Assembly: GCA_031370785.1 (NCBI GenBank)
Contig: JANMQY010000090.1
Coordinates: forward strand, 17,276-81,275
Reading direction: 5' to 3'
Length of the DNA: 64,000 nt
Source of the DNA: Candidatus Eiseniibacteriota bacterium
GTDB lineage: Bacteria; Eisenbacteria; RBG-16-71-46
The notes below the pieces were generated by a model. It was not told the DNA's origin and did no database searches. It was given only the letters and a program-made list of their open reading frames with translations. The position numbers were made by a program, and so were the translations under genes. Shown here one piece after another: positions 1 through 9,353 of this stretch; the first letter of the stretch is position 1; the number at the start of each line of letters is the position of its first letter.

Positions 1-202
1 TACGAGCTCGGGACGTAGAAGATTCCCCATCGTGTACCTGCGAGGCTAGGCTCCTTCTCCGCCGCTCCTCAAGTGCTTTTCTGCTAGTGTCGCGCGCTGT
101 TCTCGCTCGACGAGGAGGTGCCGTGATGTGTCCCGCACAGAATGACCTGAGCGACCGTGCCCTAGGACCTCCACGGTTCCCGAATCCCTGGAGCCCGACG
201 CC

Positions 203-2332
203 GTGAAGCGCACGAAATCCCCTTCCTCCACGACCGCTCGCCGCGCGGCGCGGCCCGCTCGGACTGCTGCCGCCGAGCCGCAGGCCGGCTCGGCAATCGG
301 CGCGGCCGGCGCGCTCGCGCTGATCCTGGGCGCGGCGTTCTGGCTGCACCGCCCGGCGCTTCGCGCGCCATTCTTTGCCGACGATTACCTGTTTCTGGAC
401 CAGGTGCGCGGTCGGAACCTGATCGCGGCCCTGCTCGCTCCCGATCCGATCGGCAACTTCATGCGCCCGGTCGGGCGCGCGTTCGATTTCTGGGTGCTGT
501 CGCACATGGGCGGGGAGTCGCCTTTCGTATTCCACGTCGCGAACCTCGTGCTGTTCCTGGGCGCAGTCGCGCTGCTGTTCGTGATCGTGCGCCGGCTGGC
601 CGGAGGTCGCGCCGCGGCGGTCGCTGCCGCATTCCTCGCCCTCAGTCACGCCGCCGATGTGCCGCTGCGCTGGGCCTCGGGCGCACAGGATCTGCTCGCG
701 TTGTTCTTCGCGCTGGCTGCGATCGCACTCCATCAGCGCGGGCGGGGTGGATGGGCTGCGATCTGCTTTGCGCTGGGAATGCTCTCCAAGGAGACGATCG
801 TCTTCACGCCGTTCATCGCGGTGCTGGTCGACAGCTCGGGCGGGTGGATCGCGAGCCGGCTGCGCCGCGCATGGCCGCTGTTTGTCGCGCTGATCGCCTG
901 GCTCGCGCTCTGGCTGGCGACCGCGCAACTGAGGCCGGCCGCGGCGGGCGTCGTGCACCTGGATCTGGTCGGCGCACCGGCGGCGTTCGCGCATCTGGTT
1001 CAGACCGCGATTGGCCTCGAGTGGGCGAAGGGCACACCTTCGTCACACATGACCATGCCGCCCTGGGGACCGATCGTGCTCGCGTTCGCGGCGATCGCGC
1101 TGGCGTGGTCGGTATTCCGCGCCACTCGCGCACGCGGCGCCGCGCGCGATACCACCGATCGCCTCATGATCGCTCTGATCGGGCTCGCGTGGGCGGCGCT
1201 CGGCGCACTGCCGGTCGCCGCGGTGGCCTCGATCTGGAGCGCGTACTACTACCTGTTTGCGCTGTGCGGGGTCGCGCTCGTACTGGGCGCGGTCGTGGCG
1301 CGCTGGCCGCGCGCGCTCGCGCTGGCTCTGATCGGCGTGCTGGCGTGGAGTTCCGAGAGCGTCCGCCGTGCGCCCTCGTTTGCCACCGTGCCTGGCGTGT
1401 GGACGACCCGCTCGCACGTGAGCGTCGCTTATCTCGAGCGATCCGCCTCGCTGGTCAGCGGCTACCTCGCGCGATTGCGGGCGGCGCGTCCGACTTTGCC
1501 GCCGAACGCGACGCTGTTCTTCCGTGGCGTGCCGGCCTTCGCTGGGTGGCAGGCGGGGAACGGCGCGCTTCAGCGCTGGGCGTATCGCGACACCAGCGTG
1601 CGTTCGTATTACCTCGCCGAATTCACCGCCGACCGCGCCCGTCGCGGTCCGTTGTACTTCTTCTCCTCCGAAGGTGACTCGCTCACGGAGATCTGGAAGA
1701 AAATCTCGCCCTATCAGCAGATCGCATTCTCGATGACCGCCGAGGATCGCCCGCAGGCGGCACGCGATGCGATGCTGATCGCTCAGGAGCGCGGGGCGTT
1801 CGACAACGAGGCGGCCTACCTGTGGGCGTGGAACGAGTGGGCGCTCGGCCATCGCGACAGGGCGGCCGAGCTGCTGAGTGGGCTCGGCATGAAACCCGAC
1901 GCCGAACCTTCGCCGCAGGCCGGACGCGCGCAACGCATGCTCGCGCTCTACAGCGACACCGTGACCGCTCTCGACATGCTGCGGCAGGCGAGATACCACC
2001 ACACGCTCAATCCAGCGATTCACGCCCGGCTCGCGGACCTGCTTCTGGCGCGCAGGGGAACCGATGCCGAGGCATACATCGAGGCGTACGCGGCCCACGT
2101 CCTCGAGCCCGACAGTCCATCCGCGCTCCGGCGCTGGGCGGGCGTGCAGCTCCGTCTCAAGCGCTACCGCCAGGCGCTCGCAACGCTGGAGCGCTACTTT
2201 GCTTTCGCCGGCGCGAGCGCGAACGAGGACGAGGAGGCGAAGGCATGGAGGCAGGAGCTGACTCGTCTGCTGCGAACGGATGTGGGGGTGATTCCGCAGA
2301 AAGCTGCCGGCGCGGGCCCGAATCGGCGGTGA
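203..2332 (+). CDS. GT-C fold membrane glycosyltransferase (TMTC/ArnT/PMT-like) with C-terminal TPR-like helical region
   Basis: FFADDY acidic motif after first TM, FMRP motif, LSKE motif, about 11 hydrophobic segments, Ala-rich helical C-terminus. Confidence 0.65.
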   Translation: MKRTKSPSSTTARRAARPARTAAAEPQAGSAIGAAGALALILGAAFWLHRPALRAPFFADDYLFLDQVRGRNLIAALLAPDPIGNFMRPVGRAFDFWVLSHMGGESPFVFHVANLVLFLGAVALLFVIVRRLAGGRAAAVAAAFLALSHAADVPLRWASGAQDLLALFFALAAIALHQRGRGGWAAICFALGMLSKETIVFTPFIAVLVDSSGGWIASRLRRAWPLFVALIAWLALWLATAQLRPAAAGVVHLDLVGAPAAFAHLVQTAIGLEWAKGTPSSHMTMPPWGPIVLAFAAIALAWSVFRATRARGAARDTTDRLMIALIGLAWAALGALPVAAVASIWSAYYYLFALCGVALVLGAVVARWPRALALALIGVLAWSSESVRRAPSFATVPGVWTTRSHVSVAYLERSASLVSGYLARLRAARPTLPPNATLFFRGVPAFAGWQAGNGALQRWAYRDTSVRSYYLAEFTADRARRGPLYFFSSEGDSLTEIWKKISPYQQIAFSMTAEDRPQAARDAMLIAQERGAFDNEAAYLWAWNEWALGHRDRAAELLSGLGMKPDAEPSPQAGRAQRMLALYSDTVTALDMLRQARYHHTLNPAIHARLADLLLARRGTDAEAYIEAYAAHVLEPDSPSALRRWAGVQLRLKRYRQALATLERYFAFAGASANEDEEAKAWRQELTRLLRTDVGVIPQKAAGAGPNRR

Positions 2333-2481
2333 AACGGGGGGGTGCGCCGCTCGTCGCCCGCGAGAATTCGAACTCCTGTCCCGTCCTCTCGGGCACTACA
2401 ATCGCGACGGCGCCATCGTAGACGTCATCTCGCGGTTCAGCCTCGCGCGCAGAAGTCCACACCTCAGCCATCGGAGGTTCC

Positions 2482-3045
2482 GTGCGCCCTCAACCCGCAG
2501 GTGCTGTTGCATTCGTCACGCTGTTTTCCGCGCTGTGGTTCTCGGTGCGGGCGGAAGCAATTCCGTATCGCTGGCCGGTGAAGACCGGCACCGATGCGGG
2601 CGCAAAGCTCGCACATCCGAAGAAGACGCCCTCGATCGCTCAACTCGCCAGGGTCAAGCGCCCGGCGGGAATCAAGACCACGACCCTGCGCCTGGCGCCG
2701 GTCGAACAGACGATCTACACCGTCAAGGCGAAGCTGCTGCTGTGTCGCCGCGAAGCGGACGGCGACTACCATCTGGTGCTGCAGGATCTCGCGACCGACT
2801 CCACGATCGTCGCCGAGATCCCGGATCCGACCAGGGTCAGCACCGCGAGCCCGTGGAAGAGCCTGATCAGGAAGGCTCGCACGTCATTCGCCGCCCAGTT
2901 TCATCCGACCAGCGCGAGAAAGGATGAAGGGCTCATGCTGATCACGGTGCGGGGCGTGGGCTTCTTCGACAAGAGACACGACTCGGAGGGCGCGGCGCTA
3001 AACGGGCTCGAGCTGCATCCGATCCTGAGCTACTCGACGCCTTAG
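2482..3045 (+). CDS. Secreted conserved hypothetical protein, probable OB-fold
   Basis: GGAGG RBS before GTG, signal peptide (VRA-EA), motifs RWPVKTGTD, EADGDYHLVL, AEIPDP, GVGFFD, NGLELHP; TACAAT at 2397-2402. Confidence 0.6.
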   Translation: MRPQPAGAVAFVTLFSALWFSVRAEAIPYRWPVKTGTDAGAKLAHPKKTPSIAQLARVKRPAGIKTTTLRLAPVEQTIYTVKAKLLLCRREADGDYHLVLQDLATDSTIVAEIPDPTRVSTASPWKSLIRKARTSFAAQFHPTSARKDEGLMLITVRGVGFFDKRHDSEGAALNGLELHPILSYSTP

Positions 3046-3063
3046 GACGGACCGGCACCGCAC

Positions 3064-3564
3064 TTGATGCCCGAATCTCTGCGCACTCGCGTTGCTCGAT
3101 GGTCGTTCAACTGGTTTCCCGCCTACCGCGGCACCGGCGGCGAGATCACCCACATCGCGGCGGACTGGAGCGAGGTGCGACTGCGGCTGCCGCTCAATCG
3201 GCGTACACGGAACTACGTCGGCACGATCTTCGGCGGCAGTATGTACGGCGCGGTGGATCCCATCTATATGGTGATGCTGATCCAGCTGCTGGGCCCGACC
3301 TACGTGGTCTGGGACAAATCAGCCACCATCCGCTTCTGGCGCCCCGGTCGTGAAACCCTGTACGCCACGTTCCGGATTCCGCCGGAAGAACTGGCCGCGC
3401 TGCGCGCAGAAGTGGACCGGACCGGCAAGCTCGAGAGGGAATTCGCCGTCGATCTGGTGAGCGCCTCGGGCGAAGTGCACGCGAGCTGCCAGAAGCTGCT
3501 GAGCGTCCGGCGGCGCGAGGGAGAAGGCGCTGCGAGGGAAGCCTCTGCGCCGCGCAGCGCCTGA
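3064..3564 (+). CDS. DUF4442/PaaI-like hotdog-fold thioesterase
   Basis: TRNYVGTIFGGSMY...DP and VVWDKSATIRF motifs; ATG at 3067 is an alternative start. Confidence 0.8.
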   Translation: MMPESLRTRVARWSFNWFPAYRGTGGEITHIAADWSEVRLRLPLNRRTRNYVGTIFGGSMYGAVDPIYMVMLIQLLGPTYVVWDKSATIRFWRPGRETLYATFRIPPEELAALRAEVDRTGKLEREFAVDLVSASGEVHASCQKLLSVRRREGEGAAREASAPRSA

Positions 3565-3585
3565 GCGCACGCGGGGCTGCTCGCC

Positions 3586-3615
3586 TTGACCGACAGGGCG
3601 CGGGTCGGATATAAA
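3586..3615 (+). promoter_or_regulatory. Putative sigma70 promoter for tRNA-Ala
   Basis: TTGACC-N18-TATAAA, 36 nt upstream of the tRNA. Confidence 0.55.
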
Positions 3616-3651
3616 CGTTGCCGCGCAAACTCAGTGCGAAACTGCTTGCGT

Positions 3652-3727
<76 letters not shown>

Positions 3728-3798
3728 TTCCTGGTCGCAATCCGCTAGCTTCGACTCGCCCGTTCCGGTTGCCGGAGCGGGCGATCTCTTACAGGCGC

Positions 3799-4380
3799 TC
3801 AGCTCGGCGGTAATCGGGGCGGCTCGGCGACCGGCTCGCTCATGAGCCGCGCGAGCAGCTCCTGCGTGGCGGGAGCGAACCAGTCCACCTCGCCGGCCTG
3901 CGCGACGGCGATCCGGCCGCGCCGGTCGAGCACGTAGGTGTAAGGCAGGCTCGGGCAGGGGAGAGCCGCAGCCAGACGCCGGTCGCGGTCGAGCACGACA
4001 TCGAGACGAAACCGCTGGCGTGCGACGTAGCGCGCGACCGACGGGAAGGGATCGAAGCACACCACCTCGACTCGCAGGGGCGCAAAGGCCTCGAGTCGGC
4101 GCAGCGAGTCGAGCGCGGTCGCCTGGGCGAGCGCGCGTCGCTCCCACGGCGCCCAGAAGTGCACGATCATCACGCCTTCGCCGGCGCGCAGGCGCGTCGA
4201 TCCGATCGGCACCGCGGGAAGCGTGACGTCGAGCGCAACCGCGCGGCGCGACTCGGCCGGGATCGCATCCAGCGGGCGTGGCGATGCGCCCGGGCGACTC
4301 ACCACAAAGAGCTGCGTGCGCCACCCCAGCAGTGCGATGACCACGACCAGCACCGCGGCGAGCCGCACGCGCAGGGTCAC
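3799..4380 (-). CDS. Membrane-anchored TlpA/ResA-like thioredoxin-fold protein lacking CxxC
   Basis: C-terminal 193 aa of the 3799..5985 ORF; GTG start overlaps the cstA stop (GTGA); N-terminal TM; VMIVHFWAPWERRA in place of FWAxWCxxC; LPYTYVLDRRGRI. Confidence 0.7.
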   Translation of the reverse strand: MTLRVRLAAVLVVVIALLGWRTQLFVVSRPGASPRPLDAIPAESRRAVALDVTLPAVPIGSTRLRAGEGVMIVHFWAPWERRALAQATALDSLRRLEAFAPLRVEVVCFDPFPSVARYVARQRFRLDVVLDRDRRLAAALPCPSLPYTYVLDRRGRIAVAQAGEVDWFAPATQELLARLMSEPVAEPPRLPPS

Positions 4381-6245
4381 GATCCGGGCGCACCTTCCAA
4401 CGCCGGGCCGCCGGGGCGAACCTCGGCCACCACGCGCGGGCGACCGAGCACGCCGGTCCAGCGCAGAATGCTGTCGATCATCACCACGACCAGCAGCGCC
4501 ATGAGCGCGAGCGTGACCACGCACTGGATCTGCGCGGCGGGCGGCGCGAGCTGGAACGCGCGCCACAGGGTCGGCGCGCCGGCCTTGATCTGCGGGCGAA
4601 GGTAGTTGACGGCAAGGTTCATCCACCCGGCGGTGAGCGTGTTCACGCACATGAAGCCGAGCGGGACCAGCGTGCACGCGATGTAGCGCGCCTTGCCCAT
4701 GTTGATGAGCACCGAAGTTCCGATCGCGAGCGCAAAGGCGGCGAGCAGCTGATTGCTCACGCCGAGCATGGGCCAGATGTTGCTGACCGTGCCGGTCCAG
4801 ACGAAGTAGCCCCAGCCCGCGACCGCGAGCGCGCTGAACAGGACGGCAGGGGCGAGCCCGCTCCAGGTGCGCAGCGCGGGCACGGCCATGCCGCCGACCT
4901 CCTGCAGCATGTAGCGGGTGACGCGCGTGCCGGTATCGATCAGGGTGAGCACGAACATCGCTTCGAACATGATCGCGAAGTGGTACCAGAACGCCATCAG
5001 CCCGCGCAGCCACGGCAGGCTGCTGAAGATCTGCGCCATGCCGACCGCCAGCGACACCGCGCCGCCCGGCCGGCCGGTCAGGTGCTCGCCGACCTGCGCC
5101 TCGAGCGCGGGCAGGTGACGCACCGCCATGCCGAGCCCCGCGAACACTTCGGGCCTGGTGTTGATCGCGAAGTAGTCGCCGGGTTCGAGCGCGCAGGCCG
5201 CGATCAGCGCGATCACGCCGACGAAGCCCTCGAGAACCATCGCGCCATAGGAGATGGGGAGGATGTGGCGCTCGCGATCGATCATCTTGGGCGTGGTGCC
5301 GGAGGCGATCAGCGAGTGGAACCCCGAGATCGCGCCGCACGCGATGGTGATGAACACGAACGGAAACACCGGCCCGGGAATGATCGGGCCGCCGCCATGG
5401 ATGAACGGGGTCAGCGCCGGCATGTGCAGGCGCGGATTCACCACGATCACGCCGACCGCGAGCAACAGGACCGCACCGATCTTCATGAATGAGGAGAGAT
5501 AGTCGCGCGGACAGAGCAGAAGCCATACCGGAAGCACCGAGGCGATGAAGCCGTAGGCCATCAGCGCCATCGAGATGTTCTGCTCCGGATGCACGAACAA
5601 CGGCTGGAAGCGGGAATGCTGCACCCACGCTCCCGCGCCGACCGCGATCAACAACAGGATCACGCCCGCGATGGTCACGGTCCTGATCGCTCCCGGGCGG
5701 ATGTAGCGCGTCCATAGGCCCATGCCAAGCGCGATCGGGATCGTGCAGCCGATGCTGAACACCCCCCACGCGCTCTCCTTGAGCGAGTTGACGACCACCA
5801 GCGCCATCGCCGCCAGCGCAACGGTCATTACGAACACGATCGCGATCGCGGTCGCCACGCCGGTCACGGGGCTCACCTGCTCGCGCGCGATGTTGGCGAG
5901 CGAGCGCCCGCCGCTGCGCACCGAGGCGGTGAGGATCACGAAGTCGTGGACGCCGCCTGCCAGCACCGAGCCGACCAGCAGCCACAGGAACCCGGGCAGA
6001 TACCCGAACTGCGCGGCCAGCACCGGGCCGATCAGCGGGCCGGCGCCTGCGATCGCAGCGAAGTGGTGGCCGAACAGCACCAGCGGATGGGTCGGGACGT
6101 AATCGCGGCCGTCGGTCCGGGTGTGTGCAGGTGTGAGGCGCAGGTCATCGAGGGTCGCAACCCTGGCCGCGAGGAACGCGCCATAGGTGCGATACGCGAT
6201 CAACGCGGCCAGCGCCGAAATGATGACGAGATAGAGTGCGGGCAC
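4377..6245 (-). CDS. cstA: Carbon starvation protein A family transporter (CstA/BtsT)
   Basis: DGRDYVPT, LFGHHFAAIAGAGPLIGP, CPRDYLS, FITIACGAISGFH, GRPGGAVSLAVGM motifs. Confidence 0.95.
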   Translation of the reverse strand: MPALYLVIISALAALIAYRTYGAFLAARVATLDDLRLTPAHTRTDGRDYVPTHPLVLFGHHFAAIAGAGPLIGPVLAAQFGYLPGFLWLLVGSVLAGGVHDFVILTASVRSGGRSLANIAREQVSPVTGVATAIAIVFVMTVALAAMALVVVNSLKESAWGVFSIGCTIPIALGMGLWTRYIRPGAIRTVTIAGVILLLIAVGAGAWVQHSRFQPLFVHPEQNISMALMAYGFIASVLPVWLLLCPRDYLSSFMKIGAVLLLAVGVIVVNPRLHMPALTPFIHGGGPIIPGPVFPFVFITIACGAISGFHSLIASGTTPKMIDRERHILPISYGAMVLEGFVGVIALIAACALEPGDYFAINTRPEVFAGLGMAVRHLPALEAQVGEHLTGRPGGAVSLAVGMAQIFSSLPWLRGLMAFWYHFAIMFEAMFVLTLIDTGTRVTRYMLQEVGGMAVPALRTWSGLAPAVLFSALAVAGWGYFVWTGTVSNIWPMLGVSNQLLAAFALAIGTSVLINMGKARYIACTLVPLGFMCVNTLTAGWMNLAVNYLRPQIKAGAPTLWRAFQLAPPAAQIQCVVTLALMALLVVVMIDSILRWTGVLGRPRVVAEVRPGGPALEGAPGS

Positions 6246-6287
6246 GGGGAGATCTCCGAAGGCCTGGACGCGGACGGGACCGCGCGG

Positions 6288-6317
6288 AGTCTAGCGGGAG
6301 GCGCGCCCGGGAAACAA
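6288..6317 (-). promoter_or_regulatory. Putative sigma70 promoter for cstA
   Basis: Minus strand TTGTTT-N18-TAGACT. Confidence 0.35.
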
Positions 6318-6351
6318 GACTTCGAAGTCGACAGGCTTTGGCCCCTACCGA

Positions 6352-7320
6352 TCAGGCGGCCCGGGTCGCCTCGTCGGTTGCGCTCTCGAGCGTCTCGCCG
6401 CCGTAGAGCCCGACGAACACGTCGACCACCGCGGGATCGAACTGCGAGCCAGCCTCGTCGCGGATGATCTTGACCGCCTCCGCGTGGGTGCGGCCTTTGC
6501 GATACGCGCGGTCGATCACGATCGCATCGTAGGTGTCGGCCACCGCGATGATGCGCGCGCCCATCGGAATCGCGGCGCCTTTGAGCCCCTTGTAGCCGGT
6601 GCCGTCCCAGCGCTCGTGATGGTAGGCCACCATCGGGATTACGTGCTTCAGGATGCCGCCCATCGAGCGCACCATGCTCTCGCCCTTGTCGACGTGGCCC
6701 TTCATCTCGTCCATCTCGGACTGGGTCAGCCCGGCCGCCTTGCGCAGCACATCGGTGCTGATGTCCACCTTGCCGATATCGTGTAGGTAGGCGCCGATCC
6801 GGATGTCTTCGATGTCGCTCTCGGCGAGATTCATGGTGCGCGCGATCTCGACCGAATAGTCGCCGACCCTGCGCGAGTGGTTCTCGGTGTAGCGATCGAC
6901 CGAATCGATGAACTTGGACATGATCTGGATGATGCCCTGGTAGGCATCGCGAATCTCGCGCAGCTGCGATTCCTTCTGCTCGTAGAGCGAGCCGACCACG
7001 TAGGAGGTCAGCACCAGGAAACAGGCCCAGGTGCCGAGGTCGAGCCAGCGCATCCATTGCTCGGGGTCGTTGGCCACGAACTGGTGCGGGCTGACGAGTG
7101 CGATCCCGAAGACGATGGCGCACGAGAGCAGCGCCGAGTAGACGCCCTTGCGCAGCCCCATCGTGTAGGCGCCGAAGACGACCGGCAGGTAGTAGAAGTT
7201 CAGGAAGGCGCGCTGGTTGATCACGAAGAAATTGATGGTGCCGGTCACGAGCACGATGCTGAGCAGCACCAGCAGCCCACGGTTGACCCGCCACATATTG
7301 CGGAGGCGATGCGGCTTCAC
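6352..7320 (-). CDS. Membrane-bound HD-GYP domain phosphodiesterase
   Basis: About 4 N-terminal TM helices; YTENHSRRV, HDIGK, HHERWDGTGYKG, RIIAVADTYDA; GTG start overlaps the upstream stop. Confidence 0.88.
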   Translation of the reverse strand: MKPHRLRNMWRVNRGLLVLLSIVLVTGTINFFVINQRAFLNFYYLPVVFGAYTMGLRKGVYSALLSCAIVFGIALVSPHQFVANDPEQWMRWLDLGTWACFLVLTSYVVGSLYEQKESQLREIRDAYQGIIQIMSKFIDSVDRYTENHSRRVGDYSVEIARTMNLAESDIEDIRIGAYLHDIGKVDISTDVLRKAAGLTQSEMDEMKGHVDKGESMVRSMGGILKHVIPMVAYHHERWDGTGYKGLKGAAIPMGARIIAVADTYDAIVIDRAYRKGRTHAEAVKIIRDEAGSQFDPAVVDVFVGLYGGETLESATDEATRAA

Positions 7321-9305
7321 GACGCTTTCCTCTGCGGCGCGACGCTCACCCGCCTGGAACGCGGGCGCACAACCGTGACCGGCTCGGGCTTGGTGTGGCC
7401 GTTCACCGGTGTCGCTTCATCTGATCCCGCGGCGTCCTCGCCGCAGTGTGGGCAGAACGTCCATGACGGCTCCAGCCGGCGCTTGCAGCTCTCGCAGTGC
7501 TCGCCCACGAACTCGCCGCAGAGCGGGCAGTACTCGAACTCCTTGTTCACCACGTTCCGGCAGCCGGTGCACACCTTCATCGGTTGCTCCGCGAGGTATA
7601 CGACGCGCGTGATCTCCTCGAGCGTGGTGAGCCCGTTCATCACCTTGCGCAGTCCATCCTCGCCGATCGAACGCATTCCACCCTCGACCGCGGCCTGACG
7701 GATGGCGGAGTCGGGGGAGTTGGCGACGATCAGGCCACGGATGTTCTCGTTTACTTCCAGGGTCTCGAAGATTCCTGTTCGGCCGAGATAGCCGGTCTCG
7801 TGACAGTGCGCACATCCGCGACCGCGGTGCAGCGTGACCGAGCCACCCTCGGGCAGGGTCGCGCCCAGTCGGTTGAGGTTCGAGGCCGGCGCTTCGTACG
7901 GCTCGGTGCAGCGCGGGCACAGCGTGCGCACCAGCCGCATGCTCACCACTCCGAGCAGGGAGGAGGCAACCATGAACGGTTCGAGCCCGAGGTCGATCAG
8001 CCGGGTCACCGCGCTCGCGGCGTCGTTGGTGTGCACGGTGGTCAGTACCAGGTGGCCGGTGACCGAGGCACGGAATGCGATCTGCGCGGTCTCCTTGTCG
8101 CGGATCTCTCCGATCATGATCACGTCCGGATCCTGACGGAGGATGGCGCGCAGCGCGCTCGGGAAGGTCTTCTTCGCCTTCTCGTCGACCTGCACCTGAT
8201 TGATGCCCGCCATCTGATACTCGACCGGATCCTCGACGGTGACGATGTTCTTGGTCTCGTGCTGGATGTAGCGCAACGCGGAGTACAGGAGCGTCGACTT
8301 GCCCGAGCCGGTGGGCCCGGTCACGAGCAGGATGCCCTGCGGCCGTTCCAGGTAGCGCTTGAGGCGCGAGAGATCGTCCTCGTGGAAGCCGATCTCGGTC
8401 AACCCGATCGCATTGCGCTTCTGATCGACGATACGGATCACGACCTTCTCGCCGTTGGTGATCGGCAGGGTCGAGACGCGCATGTCGACGCGCTGCCCGC
8501 GGATCTCGACCATGAGGCGCCCGTCCTGAGGCTGGCGCTTTTCTGCGATGTCGAGATTCGAAAGCACCTTGATGCGCGAGACGATCGCGCCCTGCGTCCA
8601 CTTGGGCAGGCGCTGGACCTCCTGCAGCAGGCCGTCGATCCGGAAGCGCACCACCAGATCCTTGTCCTGGGGTTCGATGTGCACGTCGCTTGCGCGCTCC
8701 TCGAGCGCTCGATGGAGCAGCCAGTTGGTCAGGCGCACGATCGGGCGGCCCTCGGCCTCCTTGATGAGGTCGTCGATGGCCGCAACCTGCTCCTCGTCGT
8801 CGATGGTCGCGACCACCAGCTCATCCTCGGAGTGAATGATGTTCTGGATGACCTCGTTCATCGAGTTGTCGATGTGGTAGTAGCGCTCGATCGACTCGTG
8901 GATCTGCAGGGTCCGGGCCAGCACCGGCTTGATGAACATGCCGGCGTGGAAGCGCAGGTCCTCGAGCGCGGCGACGTTGAGCGGATCGGCCATGGCCACG
9001 ACCAGCGTCGAGCGGCTCTCGACCTCGACCGGCATGGCGACGTACTTCTTCGCCACGTCCTCCTTGACCAGCGCCAGAACCGCCTCGTCGATCACCACGT
9101 CGTTCAGGTCCACCAGAGGGAGCCCAAGCTGCTGCTGGAGGTGCTTGAGCATGATCTCCTCTGTGATGGCGCCGAGCCGGATGAGCGTCGCCCCGAGAAG
9201 CTGCCCGGTGCGACGCTGTTCGGCGACCGCGTCGGAGAGCTGCTGAGGCGTGATCAACTTCTCGTCGAGCAGAACGTCGCCCAGACGCTTGTGTTCCTTC
9301 GCCAT
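7317..9305 (-). CDS. pilB: PilB/GspE secretion ATPase with N-terminal MshEN domain and C-terminal double zinc ribbon
   Basis: RLGDVLL..LIT..QL...Q MshEN motif, GPTGSGKST, TVEDPVE, LRQDPDVIMIGEIRD, TGHLVLTTVHTND, CPRC/CAHC, four extra C-terminal CxxC; start set at ATG 9305. Confidence 0.88.
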   Translation of the reverse strand: MAKEHKRLGDVLLDEKLITPQQLSDAVAEQRRTGQLLGATLIRLGAITEEIMLKHLQQQLGLPLVDLNDVVIDEAVLALVKEDVAKKYVAMPVEVESRSTLVVAMADPLNVAALEDLRFHAGMFIKPVLARTLQIHESIERYYHIDNSMNEVIQNIIHSEDELVVATIDDEEQVAAIDDLIKEAEGRPIVRLTNWLLHRALEERASDVHIEPQDKDLVVRFRIDGLLQEVQRLPKWTQGAIVSRIKVLSNLDIAEKRQPQDGRLMVEIRGQRVDMRVSTLPITNGEKVVIRIVDQKRNAIGLTEIGFHEDDLSRLKRYLERPQGILLVTGPTGSGKSTLLYSALRYIQHETKNIVTVEDPVEYQMAGINQVQVDEKAKKTFPSALRAILRQDPDVIMIGEIRDKETAQIAFRASVTGHLVLTTVHTNDAASAVTRLIDLGLEPFMVASSLLGVVSMRLVRTLCPRCTEPYEAPASNLNRLGATLPEGGSVTLHRGRGCAHCHETGYLGRTGIFETLEVNENIRGLIVANSPDSAIRQAAVEGGMRSIGEDGLRKVMNGLTTLEEITRVVYLAEQPMKVCTGCRNVVNKEFEYCPLCGEFVGEHCESCKRRLEPSWTFCPHCGEDAAGSDEATPVNGHTKPEPVTVVRPRSRRVSVAPQRKAS

Positions 9306-9353
9306 CCGTCGCTCCGTGGTGCGGGGGAAATCGGTGGGATCGGCCCGCACCAT

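Noticed and set aside
1..200. Possible gene end (TAG at 16-18), minus-strand start (ATG at 30), or leader RNA
   Set aside because: Too little sequence at the window edge to decide
4125..4160. Selenocysteine recoding in the TlpA-like active site
   Set aside because: The codons are GAG CGA CGC GCG; there is no in-frame TGA
9306..9353. Longer PilB start at ATG 9353
   Set aside because: It abuts the putative -10 element; ATG 9305 has a GGAG RBS and begins right at the MshEN motif
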